Positions 29,529-39,009 of a DNA stretch of 64,000 nucleotides are shown here, piece after piece. The number at the start of each line of letters is the position of its first letter. The first letter of the stretch is position 1. Source of the stretch: Escherichia phage StefiGeyer_Bas88; sequence record PQ850628.1, one strand, 5' to 3'. A program made the translations under genes and the position numbers. The notes beneath the pieces were generated by a model. It made no database searches, had not been told where the DNA came from, and worked only from the letters and a program-made list of their open reading frames with translations.

Positions 29529-30004
29529 TCCAAAACCCTTTCTTCTAAATCATAAAAGATTTGATTTGTCCCATTATTCTCAACAAGCACTGTACCATTA
29601 TCTAACAGAGTAGCAACTTGTGAATAAGGAATGTTCTTTAACATCAGAGCGTTGATGGTTGGCTTATTTTTGAAGTAAGCGACCGGTTCAACATAGAAGG
29701 AAATCCCACGACTCCCTTTGATTGGGGTACTCGAAGATAAAACCCAAATCGTTTCTGGCTTGTCTATTTCCTTTTCAACACCAACCTCAACAAGTGAGTC
29801 AGCAGCGAAACCTACAGGACGACTAGAAGAGCCAAGTGCCCGAATAAATCCTGGCAATTTTGACATGTTAGACCAACTACCAGTGTTTTCATTAAACACA
29901 GGTCTTACGTCTCCATATGCCCAAACCAGATTATCATAGTCACGGGCTATGTATTTAACCCAATCAGGAACATCATACTCCCTTCCTTCAAAAATAGCTT
30001 TCAT
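29525..30004 (-). CDS. hypothetical protein
   Basis: 159-aa ORF; no motif. Confidence 0.35.
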   Translation of the reverse strand: MKAIFEGREYDVPDWVKYIARDYDNLVWAYGDVRPVFNENTGSWSNMSKLPGFIRALGSSSRPVGFAADSLVEVGVEKEIDKPETIWVLSSSTPIKGSRGISFYVEPVAYFKNKPTINALMLKNIPYSQVATLLDNGTVLVENNGTNQIFYDLEERVLE

Positions 30005-30235
30005 TTAGATAACCTTGTGCTTATAGATGTTAGGGTTGTAGTAATGCAACCAGTTTATGTATTGTTTCTGTTCGAGGTAGTGCCTGCAATCATGACAAAA
30101 AGCATGACCCAAACCTGTTTCCTCATTCAGTTTGAAATTGATAAGAAGCTTCTGCTTTCGACAGAAGCTACATGCTTTAGTGGGCTTCACGTAATGCATC
30201 CCAAGAGATTGGATATATTTTACGAAGCTCTTCAT
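30005..30235 (-). CDS. small zinc-ribbon protein (start uncertain)
   Basis: CSFCRK ... CHDCRH Cys pairs; overlaps the 3' end of the ThyX-like gene. Confidence 0.3.
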   Translation of the reverse strand: MKSFVKYIQSLGMHYVKPTKACSFCRKQKLLINFKLNEETGLGHAFCHDCRHYLEQKQYINWLHYYNPNIYKHKVI

Positions 30236-30827
30236 CAATTGTTGATGCGAACACTCGTACTTCGTACTGAGCATGGTCTGACAGTCGCTGACGACACAAC
30301 TCTGACCAACCATATAGAGAACCAGTCCATACCCACTCAGTGATCATACCCTGAGGTAATACGAATCGAGCTTGTTCTGGAGCAATGAACTTAATCAATT
30401 CATCGTACGACTCAAGAGCTGTTTCATATGCTCGGTTAATCAGAACTAGTGCAGAGTTTTGTGCTCCTGTGGTGAGGAGATTCCCTGCACCTGCATGGAG
30501 GTCCGAAGGTCTTTCAAAAATCTCTTTAGGGATGAAGAGTTCAACTGCTCCATCTTTATACCGCCGGGACATTTCGTTCCACGAGAATCCAACTTGATGC
30601 TTGCCCAACTGTCTCGCAATTGCGATTGGCGCTTTGCATCGGAAGCTAATTGTCGGATGACGGAATGGTGTGACATGCTTTTCTCTGGCAAGGAACTTGA
30701 TAAGGCGTTCATCTCGTTCATTTAACTCTCCTTCACGAGTAACCCCAAAGGAAACTCGAGCTGCATTAACAACAGATTTATCAGAACCCATTGCTTCGAT
30801 TAGTGTTGCTTGTAATTGTTCATTCAT
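30177..30827 (-). CDS. thyX: flavin-dependent thymidylate synthase (ThyX)-like, non-canonical RHR motif
   Basis: AARVSF...HVTPF.H...F.CKAPIAIARQ ... SRRY ... SDHAQYE align to ThyX; the RHRx7S motif reads KHQVGFSWNEMS here. Confidence 0.65.
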   Translation of the reverse strand: MNEQLQATLIEAMGSDKSVVNAARVSFGVTREGELNERDERLIKFLAREKHVTPFRHPTISFRCKAPIAIARQLGKHQVGFSWNEMSRRYKDGAVELFIPKEIFERPSDLHAGAGNLLTTGAQNSALVLINRAYETALESYDELIKFIAPEQARFVLPQGMITEWVWTGSLYGWSELCRQRLSDHAQYEVRVFASTIDEELRKIYPISWDALREAH

Positions 30828-30841
30828 CCTTGAACTCTTCC

Positions 30842-31057
30842 TTAATAATGAATCTTTTTATAAATCATGTTGCTTCCACTTTCTGTTTCAATCCCTTTCT
30901 GAATTGTAATCTTAGAAGCGCCAGTGTTAGCAATTTTTAAAGCTCGCTTAAAGCGGCGAGCCTCTCTCCGTGTTGTATATGAGGAGAAACTAGGGATTGT
31001 GCTATCAAAATTAAACCACTTAACTGCCCAAAAAGTAATCCAAGGTTTCTTTTCCAT
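30842..31057 (-). CDS. small basic protein, W..W/TRxEAR/K(V/I)HY family (copy 3)
   Basis: WAVKW ... TRREARRFK ... KIHY, shared with 32922..33128 and 33128..33340. Confidence 0.4.
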   Translation of the reverse strand: MEKKPWITFWAVKWFNFDSTIPSFSSYTTRREARRFKRALKIANTGASKITIQKGIETESGSNMIYKKIHY

Positions 31058-31058
31058 A

Positions 31059-31334
31059 TTAAATACCTTTCAGAGCCGTGTCTAAAAATGCACGGAGATT
31101 AGATTCAGTTTGCATACCTGATAAGCTGTAATGAGCACCACTGTTCTTATCAGGGATGACAAAGGCTGGGATACTGCGAACACCATATTCAATGGCTCGC
31201 TCTCGACCATCACCTTCAGAGATATTTACTTCTTCAACTTCTACACTGTAGTCAGCCACAACCTTCTTAAACACAGGAGCCATAGCTGCACACGGAGCAC
31301 ATGAATTACTATAAAACTTAATTACTTTACTCAT
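31059..31334 (-). CDS. thioredoxin-like protein
   Basis: MSKVIKFYSNSCAPCAAMAPVF with CxxC active site and the cis-Pro region VRSIPAF; ATG at 31334. Confidence 0.6.
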   Translation of the reverse strand: MSKVIKFYSNSCAPCAAMAPVFKKVVADYSVEVEEVNISEGDGRERAIEYGVRSIPAFVIPDKNSGAHYSLSGMQTESNLRAFLDTALKGI

Positions 31335-31524
31335 TCTATTCCTTGTTAATAAACAGGTTGATATGACGCTGGGTAGCAGGAACAACAATAAAAGATTTAT
31401 ACTGACCTTTTGCTAAGTCATGAGCAATCTTCTTTGTCTGACCAAGACCCATCACACAGCCACTAACGATAATGGCATGTGCTTGTAATTCTTCAGGTAG
31501 GTTTAGTTTCACTCTTTAGATTCC

Positions 31525-31710
31525 TTATAGCATACAAAGAATAATAACAAGAGGTAGTGTTATAGCAAAATGTACCAGAACAACACTACCTAGCTTGATA
31601 GCTTTAACATCCTCTTCTGCTGGGTTTTCTTTAATTGCTAAATTTCGAGCTTTATATATAACAGTACCAACTATTAACGACCACACGGCCCACACAATCA
31701 GTGAAATCAT
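31525..31710 (-). CDS. small two-helix membrane protein (paralog 2)
   Basis: Two hydrophobic segments; similar to the adjacent gene (IVWAVWSLIVGTVIY vs IVWSVWAILVGGIVY). Confidence 0.4.
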   Translation of the reverse strand: MISLIVWAVWSLIVGTVIYKARNLAIKENPAEEDVKAIKLGSVVLVHFAITLPLVIILCML

Positions 31711-31719
31711 ATCAAACCC

Positions 31720-31941
31720 TTATGCAGTCAACAGGTGGAGAAGGAAAGGAATGACAACAGAGAAAATTACCAGAGCAATGCTGCCATGTTTAATGGGTTT
31801 AGCATCATTCGGATTTTCTTTAAGCATCTGTTTCTGAGCCAGATAAACGATACCACCAACAAGAATTGCCCACACAGACCATACGATTGCTGAAAACATA
31901 TTCACATCCTTATAAAGAAGTTCGCCCCACCTCTTAAACAA
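31720..31941 (-). CDS. small two-helix membrane protein (paralog 1)
   Basis: Tandem paralog of 31525..31710. Confidence 0.4.
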   Translation of the reverse strand: MFKRWGELLYKDVNMFSAIVWSVWAILVGGIVYLAQKQMLKENPNDAKPIKHGSIALVIFSVVIPFLLHLLTA

Positions 31942-31962
31942 AGAGACAGGGCGGAGGTTTGA

Positions 31963-32529
31963 TTAGTAAGACACGTCACCACTAGAGTGGGACATGTTGC
32001 TCTTGACGAAGTAACAGAACTTGCCAAGACCTTCATTAATTTCTTGAAGCATACTCTGGTCTACTGGATAGGTGCACAAGTCTGAATCAAACTCGTCCAT
32101 CTTTTCAATGATACACATCAGAGTCATGCACATGTCGGAAAGCATACCGTCCATGTCGAGATCAGCACTACCTTCTCTGAACCAAGCACAACTAAGATAG
32201 CTACTAGCTGTTGCATCCACTTTGATACAGTGATAACGCATTCGCTCAGCTACTCGGTCTCCTGTTTCACGAGCATAGTCTTCTAATTCATCGAACATAC
32301 CATGAACACCTTGGAAACCAGCTCCAGAGACGTTCCAGTGGTAATTCTTTGCTTTGATGTGTAGAAGCTCAAGGTTAGCCTGCACACCGCATAGGATGTG
32401 CTCTAGACTGTTACCGCTGATCAGTTTATTCATTCCCTCAAGACGAGAGATAGAGGAGTCAGTTGTAGAGAATGGGTTACTAGAACCCACTCGTGTTAGT
32501 TCAGGTAAGTCGAAGACATTATTATGCAT
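31963..32529 (-). CDS. Dps-like ferritin-fold protein
   Basis: LELLHIKAKNYHWNVSGAGFQGVHGMFDELEDYARETGDRVAERM aligns to the Dps ferroxidase region, with the His, His, Asp and Glu ligand positions present. Confidence 0.55.
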   Translation of the reverse strand: MHNNVFDLPELTRVGSSNPFSTTDSSISRLEGMNKLISGNSLEHILCGVQANLELLHIKAKNYHWNVSGAGFQGVHGMFDELEDYARETGDRVAERMRYHCIKVDATASSYLSCAWFREGSADLDMDGMLSDMCMTLMCIIEKMDEFDSDLCTYPVDQSMLQEINEGLGKFCYFVKSNMSHSSGDVSY

Positions 32530-32869
32530 TAGGAGTCTCTCCTTCTAAGTTAGTTGAATTAGCCACATTACGAGCAATGTTATCCATGACCTGCTGTGTA
32601 ATAACAATGCAATTCTGAGGGTCTACTGATTTAGAACGCCCCATTTCAGGGTCATAGACTTTGACTCGCTTGGCTGTTGAGCCAGTAACTTGCAACACTT
32701 TGAGAAGATAACCTTGATTTCCAATAGACCATGCAACAACATCACGATTCTTGATATAACGACCAAGCATATCACGATGATAGAACTGCTGCATAACTTT
32801 AGCTTTGCTAATCTCTTCAGATGGCGGGGCCACTTTACTCAAATCTAACATAACTCTCTCCTGTTTCAT
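32522..32869 (-). CDS. hypothetical protein
   Basis: 115-aa ORF; promoter-like motif immediately upstream. Confidence 0.35.
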   Translation of the reverse strand: MKQERVMLDLSKVAPPSEEISKAKVMQQFYHRDMLGRYIKNRDVVAWSIGNQGYLLKVLQVTGSTAKRVKVYDPEMGRSKSVDPQNCIVITQQVMDNIARNVANSTNLEGETPNA

Positions 32870-32886
32870 ACAATATTCTTATACTG

Positions 32887-32896
32887 TATATACATT
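32887..32896 (-). promoter_or_regulatory. phage promoter-like motif AATGTATATA
   Basis: Intergenic, - strand, 17 nt upstream of the 32869 ATG. Confidence 0.25.
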
Positions 32897-32921
32897 TGAG
32901 AGTTATCATATCTACTACCAA

Positions 32922-33128
32922 CTAGTAATGAACCTTGCTAGTCAAGGATCCTGCACTGTTATTGTCACTTTGAAACCAACGATGAATCTCTACTTTTTCA
33001 GCGAGACCTAAAGCTTTTGTAGCTTTCTTAGCAAGACGAGCTTCTTGTCGAGTGTCGAATAATTTAAGACAATCACCACCAAGGTCTTTGTTAGCCCATT
33101 TAACGCGAACTGCCCATAATTTAGTCAT
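32922..33128 (-). CDS. small basic protein, W..W/TRxEAR/KVHY family (copy 2)
   Basis: WAVRVKW ... TRQEARLAKK ... KVHY. Confidence 0.4.
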   Translation of the reverse strand: MTKLWAVRVKWANKDLGGDCLKLFDTRQEARLAKKATKALGLAEKVEIHRWFQSDNNSAGSLTSKVHY

Positions 33129-33340
33129 TAGTAATGTACCTTTCCACTGATATAGAAACGACCTGATTTAAAGTCTTGAGCTTTGTGAATAGTGACCTTA
33201 TCAATTGTACTTTCACAGCTTAATAAGAATTTCTTATGAGCGCGAGCCTCTTGACGAGTATTCCTGATGCCCATTGATTCCGTACCACTACTCCAGCGGA
33301 TACGAACGACCCAACGTCTTTTCATTGTTCCAAACTCCAT
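33128..33340 (-). CDS. small basic protein, W..W/TRxEAR/KVHY family (copy 1)
   Basis: WVVRIRW ... TRQEARAHKK ... KVHY. Confidence 0.4.
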   Translation of the reverse strand: MEFGTMKRRWVVRIRWSSGTESMGIRNTRQEARAHKKFLLSCESTIDKVTIHKAQDFKSGRFYISGKVHY

Positions 33341-33540
33341 TATCTGTCAACCGATTCAGGGACAAACTGCATTACACATACCTGATTACGAGGGAGATTT
33401 ATTTCACAAGCAGCTTTTCTATCAGCAACCTTTGCTGATGAGTTAGGGCCTATTTGAGCCATCATTATTCCCATAGCAAACATGCCGATGATTATGCCAA
33501 TTGATAGAGATGCTACGGTTTCTTGTTTCATCTTAATCAC
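33340..33540 (-). CDS. small membrane protein
   Basis: Hydrophobic helix SLSIGIIIGMFAMGIMMA. Confidence 0.3.
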   Translation of the reverse strand: MIKMKQETVASLSIGIIIGMFAMGIMMAQIGPNSSAKVADRKAACEINLPRNQVCVMQFVPESVDR

Positions 33541-34070
33541 ACCCCTTTAGATGCAACTACACTATTGCTACCATTGTAGCGACCCTTCACTGCATATGAA
33601 TCGTCGCCAGCGTGAGAGTGTTCAAACATAACCATCTGACCAACACGCATTCCAGCACGAACTCGTAAGCTGTGATTGTGGGTAACATTATGGAACTCAA
33701 AGGTCAGCTTACTGTTGTTAAACCCTGCATCAGCCCAACCAGCATGGAGATGGTTTAAACCACAACGAGCCATTGAGGAGCGGAGTACAAACAGACTTGA
33801 AATATTATCTGGAAGGTTAAACTCTTCCATTGAGTGAGCTAAGAAGAACTGTCCCGGAGTGATAACGATACCATCTTCAGGGATTTTTACTTCTTTCCAC
33901 TTGAGGTTTTCTTTAGCATCAATGTCAACAATACCATCAGCCTGCTCTTCAACAAGGATAGTATCACCAATACGGATATCCACACTAGCAGCGTTAACAT
34001 ACTTATGCTCCGCATCTAAAAAGCCATTATCAATAACGCTGTGTAATTCTTGAGAACCTAAAAGACTCAT
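33537..34070 (-). CDS. dcd: dCTP deaminase (dUTPase fold)
   Basis: FVLRSSMARCGLNHLHAGWADAGFNNSKLTFEF matches the dCTP deaminase/dUTPase family core. Confidence 0.7.
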   Translation of the reverse strand: MSLLGSQELHSVIDNGFLDAEHKYVNAASVDIRIGDTILVEEQADGIVDIDAKENLKWKEVKIPEDGIVITPGQFFLAHSMEEFNLPDNISSLFVLRSSMARCGLNHLHAGWADAGFNNSKLTFEFHNVTHNHSLRVRAGMRVGQMVMFEHSHAGDDSYAVKGRYNGSNSVVASKGV

Positions 34071-35503
34071 GAGTTTCTGTTTCCTTGTACAGATGATGCC
34101 AAATTGTTAATCATATTACGAGCTGTTTCACGAGTTAGTGTAACACCTGCTAAGTTGTTATGAAGTTCACCAGAGAGTTCACGAGCAGTAGCCCGAAGCT
34201 CTTCACCAAGTGAAGTGTTAGAGTGAGCCAAACCATTACGACGACCAACAGGTCGAGGAGTTTCGTTAGCGTCATTAGCTAAAGATGCAAAACCAATACG
34301 AGCAGCTTCACGAGCGGCTATAGCTGCTACCCGATCTTCCGTAGGGGTTGGCAAATCACCAACCCCTACACGTTCAATATCACTAGCACGTAGACCCTGA
34401 GTAACAGATCTTACTGTTTCCCATGAACGACGAGAGCGCTGCAAATCATCCATTGATGGAGAAGAAACAGGACGAGCAGTTCCTCCTGAGACATGCCATG
34501 TATGGTTATGCATTCCAGAAGATCGTGCACTACCAAAACTACCGGTGAAAGTATCACGAGGTGCCATTGTACTAGGGGCTGCGAATCTTGCCTGTTGCCA
34601 AGAGTCACGTCTGTCAGTTCCCGGAGTCCAAGGCTGCGTAATTGCTTCAACACCAATAGTGGTTAACTCACTAGACCAATCTGTCTGTAGGTTAACTTCT
34701 TCATCCAGATAGATACGACCCGCTTCCTGAGGAATATTTAATACAGTTTCCATCATCTTCAAGGTGTAGTGGCGACGTTGATTCTGATACAAGTTTACAC
34801 CAGCCATAGGCCCAACTAAATCACTGATCAGATGAACTTCTGGTTCACCAAAAGCTCCCATTGCAAGGTGCATATACTCAGTAGAACTGCTGTAAACTGC
34901 AACTGTTGCTTCAGGCCACTTTTTGTGGACATACTTCATGTCACGACTTGTCACCACAGGGATATCATTAGTATATGCCATTGCAAACATACCTTCGTTC
35001 GACACATACATATCATCGAGAGTCATAAACCCTTGACAGATCATAGGGAAGCGACCGCTCAGAGTATCCATATCCAGAGGAAGGTTAATCATCATCTGAA
35101 TCTTCACTTCATCAATCTCAATTTCCAGAATCTCTTGGAAAGTGAAAAGTGCGTCAGCATAAGTTGTCCCACTAACAGGCTGGACTAAACGAGATGTAAC
35201 TTGAAGTCCCTTACTCTCTGTCCAAGACAAGAAGTTGTCAAGGAACAGTGCAGCATTACCCACGTTAGCAGGGCTGTTTTCCTGACGAGTGTTCCAACGA
35301 AACCCTCCTTGAACTAGGAAGATATCAACATCATTCGGAGTTCGGTTCTGGAAGAACGTATCACGGATAGCACCACCTGCAATAACAGGATAAATACCAT
35401 CAGGGACTACGTTATCTCTGATCAAATTACGAATCAGGTCAAGCCCTACGCTGAGGGCTTCTCCTTCTTGAAGGTTCAATTCAGACAATGGAATCTTAAT
35501 CAT
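34067..35503 (-). CDS. nucleotidyltransferase with CCA-adding/poly(A) polymerase-type head domain and divergent C-terminal region
   Basis: VIAGGAIRDTFFQNRTPNDVDIFL matches the GGxxRD...DxD head-domain signature of class-II tRNA nucleotidyltransferases; C-terminal ~200 aa is low complexity. Confidence 0.45.
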   Translation of the reverse strand: MIKIPLSELNLQEGEALSVGLDLIRNLIRDNVVPDGIYPVIAGGAIRDTFFQNRTPNDVDIFLVQGGFRWNTRQENSPANVGNAALFLDNFLSWTESKGLQVTSRLVQPVSGTTYADALFTFQEILEIEIDEVKIQMMINLPLDMDTLSGRFPMICQGFMTLDDMYVSNEGMFAMAYTNDIPVVTSRDMKYVHKKWPEATVAVYSSSTEYMHLAMGAFGEPEVHLISDLVGPMAGVNLYQNQRRHYTLKMMETVLNIPQEAGRIYLDEEVNLQTDWSSELTTIGVEAITQPWTPGTDRRDSWQQARFAAPSTMAPRDTFTGSFGSARSSGMHNHTWHVSGGTARPVSSPSMDDLQRSRRSWETVRSVTQGLRASDIERVGVGDLPTPTEDRVAAIAAREAARIGFASLANDANETPRPVGRRNGLAHSNTSLGEELRATARELSGELHNNLAGVTLTRETARNMINNLASSVQGNRNS

Positions 35504-35505
35504 TT

Positions 35506-36054
35506 CTACATTTTCCAGTTGAGAGATGGGGGATTCTTATAATCAAATCCAGCCATTTGGCAAAGACACATGTAAACCTTAACTGTCAAGTTAACGTCTT
35601 GCTCACAATACGTGAACATGTCTTCAGTGAAAGCATCCCATGCTTCTTCCTGCTCACCATAATCACCCTTTAGCTCACCCAGAAATTCGCCCCATTGCTT
35701 GAGGCCATGACCACGAGGGCCATGTCTTGGGTCGCCTTTGGGATATTCTGGATTGTCTCCAATACGGTCAGGCTTGAGATAACGACTCAGGCAAAGTGTA
35801 TCGAAAACATTGAAACGGAAGGGTGTTACATGAGAGTAGAATTTAAAGAGAGCTGGTAGGTCAAAATCTATGATATTGTGTCCTACAACTACATCAGCTT
35901 CCTTCAGTTTGTGAAGAGCTTCTTCAATTTGGTGAGGGCGATACCCCCACCGCTCTCCTGAGAGAATATCAAATATCCAGATACACCAGACATTTTGGAT
36001 ACCCTCATAAAGATTATCACCCTCAATATCGAAGGCGAATATTTTCTTTACCAA
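35506..36054 (-). CDS. DnaQ-like 3'-5' exonuclease (stand-alone proofreading domain)
   Basis: Exo I FDIEGD, Exo II HNIIDFD, Exo III YCEQD. Confidence 0.7.
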   Translation of the reverse strand: MVKKIFAFDIEGDNLYEGIQNVWCIWIFDILSGERWGYRPHQIEEALHKLKEADVVVGHNIIDFDLPALFKFYSHVTPFRFNVFDTLCLSRYLKPDRIGDNPEYPKGDPRHGPRGHGLKQWGEFLGELKGDYGEQEEAWDAFTEDMFTYCEQDVNLTVKVYMCLCQMAGFDYKNPPSLNWKM

Positions 36055-37838
36055 GGTCGTGCCTCCCCGTCTTGTGTTAGAAGGGAAGCTGCATCTTCAC
36101 CATTGGTTAAGACAAACGGATTAGCTTCATCAACTTCATGATCTTCTCGTTCTACAAGACGACCTGTTTCGTTGATGTATTTGGTGTAGCAAACACCTGT
36201 CTGACCATAGTTACGCTCCTTAAGGAGACGTATGATTGACAAATTCTTGCCTAACCCATCTGCTTGCTTATCTCGTTCAAAACCGATGATACACTGACAC
36301 CAACGCATCAGTGAACGTGAACCAGTGAACTGAACCTCTTTCACCTGTCCACCTTCTTCGTGAGGAGCACCACCTGCCGGAGCATTCAAGTGAGATAATA
36401 CAAAAGCAGTGAAGTCTAATTCCTTACACATACCAGCAAGCTCTGAGGCAATCTTACTGATTTCTGTATTCACTTCAGAAGGAGTTAGGTGAGATACCAA
36501 TGCAGTGATGTTATCAAGAATGATAAACTTACATTGATTCTCAACTACCCAAAAGCGAATACACTGCTTAATATCATCCCACTCATTCTGACCGAAGTTA
36601 TCATACAAGAAGAATTTATCAGCATAACGAAGTGCTTCATCACGTAGCTGAGATTCCTCATATTCAACATCAGGTCGGTGGAAAGGTACAGATGCTGACT
36701 TACCTGCAATGTTTTTAACAGACATGCCTACCTTCTCTTCCAAGAAGAAGCCACCACCATTAAACCCATGTTCAAGGCAAAGCCATGCTACCAGTTCGTG
36801 TGCTATCAGGGTTTTACCTGAACCAACACCACCACCGATTGCAACCATCTCTCCCCAACGAATGCCGAAGGTCATTTCATTCAGAGTTTTCCACGGATAA
36901 GGAATACCCCACTCTGCTTTCTTCAGAGCATCTTCTAAACAATCAAAGACAGTAACAGCACCAGCAGGTGATTCCCGCTTCGCTGAATACTTCAGATTGT
37001 TGAATAACTCTTGACCTCGACCAGCGAGTAACATGTCATTTGCATCTTTGATTTCCTTCTCTTGACCATTGTAAGCGAAGGTTCCTTTCGGAATACGAGC
37101 AAATTTAACATGGGGATATAATGCACGACCTTTAGTTAATGCAATCTCACCTGCATCATCATTATCCATGCAGAGCACAATCTCCTCAAAACCATTCAAG
37201 AAGTCACGGTTACGTGAGAGAACGGAAGAGATTGAACCTGCACCAAACGGTAGAGATACACACGCAGGTTTGATGTTTGTAGCGTTCGTGAACGCAGTGA
37301 GCACATGGAAGCCAGACATACAAGAGAGTGGGTCTTCAAAGATGAAGAGTTTCTTGTTGTACACGTCACCACGTTGTGCTTGAGCCATACCGAATAGGTC
37401 AGCTTCTTTAACACTGCCGATGTAATAGAATTTCTTGCTGTCTAGAAGCTTAACTTCATAGCCAACAATGTTTCCATCACGTTCACGAGGGAAGAAGTAA
37501 CTATCAGGAGTTTGCCCATCTGTCTGACTCAAACCGATACGACATTCATATCGTTCAGAGACAGCTTTAGGAATCAAACGACGAGTAAGCTCACCCTGAG
37601 GTAGCTCTAAGCAATCGTCTAAGATCTCTCGGAGTTCTTCAGGGGATAGTTCTTTCTTCTCATTCGGTGTAGGAGTTGTTCCCTTTTCGAAAACTTCATA
37701 ACTACCACAGCGATTACAACTGCCCCACTCTTCACCGGACTCTTCATTTCGGAAGAGAATCATGTGATTGTGGGTCTTATCACGACCATGAGAGATACAT
37801 TCTTTACAACCTGTATCCCCTAAAATGATCTTTGACAT
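36048..37838 (-). CDS. primase-helicase (T7 gp4-like)
   Basis: N-terminal zinc-binding Cys clusters, TOPRIM-like middle, Walker [10 protein letters not shown] and DnaB-family helicase motifs. Confidence 0.85.
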   Translation of the reverse strand: MSKIILGDTGCKECISHGRDKTHNHMILFRNEESGEEWGSCNRCGSYEVFEKGTTPTPNEKKELSPEELREILDDCLELPQGELTRRLIPKAVSERYECRIGLSQTDGQTPDSYFFPRERDGNIVGYEVKLLDSKKFYYIGSVKEADLFGMAQAQRGDVYNKKLFIFEDPLSCMSGFHVLTAFTNATNIKPACVSLPFGAGSISSVLSRNRDFLNGFEEIVLCMDNDDAGEIALTKGRALYPHVKFARIPKGTFAYNGQEKEIKDANDMLLAGRGQELFNNLKYSAKRESPAGAVTVFDCLEDALKKAEWGIPYPWKTLNEMTFGIRWGEMVAIGGGVGSGKTLIAHELVAWLCLEHGFNGGGFFLEEKVGMSVKNIAGKSASVPFHRPDVEYEESQLRDEALRYADKFFLYDNFGQNEWDDIKQCIRFWVVENQCKFIILDNITALVSHLTPSEVNTEISKIASELAGMCKELDFTAFVLSHLNAPAGGAPHEEGGQVKEVQFTGSRSLMRWCQCIIGFERDKQADGLGKNLSIIRLLKERNYGQTGVCYTKYINETGRLVEREDHEVDEANPFVLTNGEDAASLLTQDGEARPW

Positions 37839-37874
37839 GCTCTATCCTCCTTGGAATTCCTTGAGCAGACTTCT

Positions 37875-38081
37875 TCAATAAAACGAACGTATTTCTTCCC
37901 ACACATCATCTTGAAGATTTTTAAAACCCTGTAAAGCTGATTGGGTTCTCATGATAAAGTCTTCAGAATGTTTATTGCGGTCAAGCATACTGACAAACTT
38001 GTCATAGCGGTTAATCTTCCACCGTAACTTTAAGTAGTCAGACTCGAGCTTTCTCAGCTTCTGTCGCTCAGTTACTGTCAT
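37875..38081 (-). CDS. hypothetical small protein (start uncertain)
   Basis: ORF overlaps the GGCT-like gene end; internal ATG likely. Confidence 0.25.
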   Translation of the reverse strand: MTVTERQKLRKLESDYLKLRWKINRYDKFVSMLDRNKHSEDFIMRTQSALQGFKNLQDDVWEEIRSFY

Positions 38082-38499
38082 CCTGATCACCTGCCAGATA
38101 CGCTGTCCAGTCGCCAGATTCAACCAAAACATCTTGTTCTTCGTCGATATGATAAATCCATGCTTCCACAGTCTCGCCATTATCCAGCACCACTGGAATC
38201 AGTGTACGATTGTAGAAAGTGTATGGATTGTCTTTACCACGATAACCTTCCAGACCGTCATACGGACCTTCCAGACCAGCTTGGGTTGTTTCAAAGACTT
38301 CTACACGAACAGGCTTGCCATTGCTGTCATGCACCAGAGATACACTTGGGAAGTATGCTGTGCAATACTGATACAGGTTACAGTTGTTCACTGTCCAACC
38401 TTCACCAATAGACACACCACCTGCACGAGCATTGATAGCGTGGTTGTGTTGACCTTTACGAAGAGAACCATACGTTGCAACTAATACTTTATCAGACAT
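38068..38499 (-). CDS. gamma-glutamyl cyclotransferase (GGCT/AIG2)-like protein
   Basis: N-terminal VLVATYGSLRKGQHNH matches the YGSL motif of the GGCT/AIG2 fold; 143 aa. Confidence 0.45.
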   Translation of the reverse strand: MSDKVLVATYGSLRKGQHNHAINARAGGVSIGEGWTVNNCNLYQYCTAYFPSVSLVHDSNGKPVRVEVFETTQAGLEGPYDGLEGYRGKDNPYTFYNRTLIPVVLDNGETVEAWIYHIDEEQDVLVESGDWTAYLAGDQDDSN

Positions 38500-38564
38500 T
38501 ATATTACCTTTTGTGTTTCAGTTAAATTCGAACTAGCCTCCTCTTTCGAAGAGGCTAAAGCAAA

Positions 38565-38750
38565 TTATTCTACTTCGAAGTGTTTGATCACACCAGTCAA
38601 TACATCAGATTGGAACGTACCTACTAACTCTGCGCCTCGGAAGAAATTGACATTTGTTCCAAGTGTTTCAAAGCGTTCTGCTTGAATGTCCAGAGATTGA
38701 ATATTCCCTTCTGAGTTTACTGTACGAAACATGATTGTGTATTTATTCAC
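38565..38750 (-). CDS. hypothetical protein
   Basis: 61-aa ORF. Confidence 0.25.
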   Translation of the reverse strand: MNKYTIMFRTVNSEGNIQSLDIQAERFETLGTNVNFFRGAELVGTFQSDVLTGVIKHFEVE

Positions 38751-38989
38751 AGAGTTGTTACTCCCTTATCTTCTTGTGCAATTGCGATGATACGCTCAAC
38801 ACATTCCATTGAATATTTATCACCTCGTTTAAGGAAGGTGACAATTGCAGAGAACTGATTACCAATCATTCTCTTGTTTGTGATTCCAAACTCTTCACAG
38901 AGTTGGTTAATAGCTTTACGAGAACCAACAATCAGAGGTTCTTTTTGTTCGGTCATTCCACGACTGATCAAATCTTCGATAGACAACAT
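38747..38989 (-). CDS. hypothetical protein
   Basis: 80-aa ORF. Confidence 0.3.
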   Translation of the reverse strand: MLSIEDLISRGMTEQKEPLIVGSRKAINQLCEEFGITNKRMIGNQFSAIVTFLKRGDKYSMECVERIIAIAQEDKGVTTL

Positions 38990-39009
38990 TACAAATTCCT
39001 TTTGTTTAA

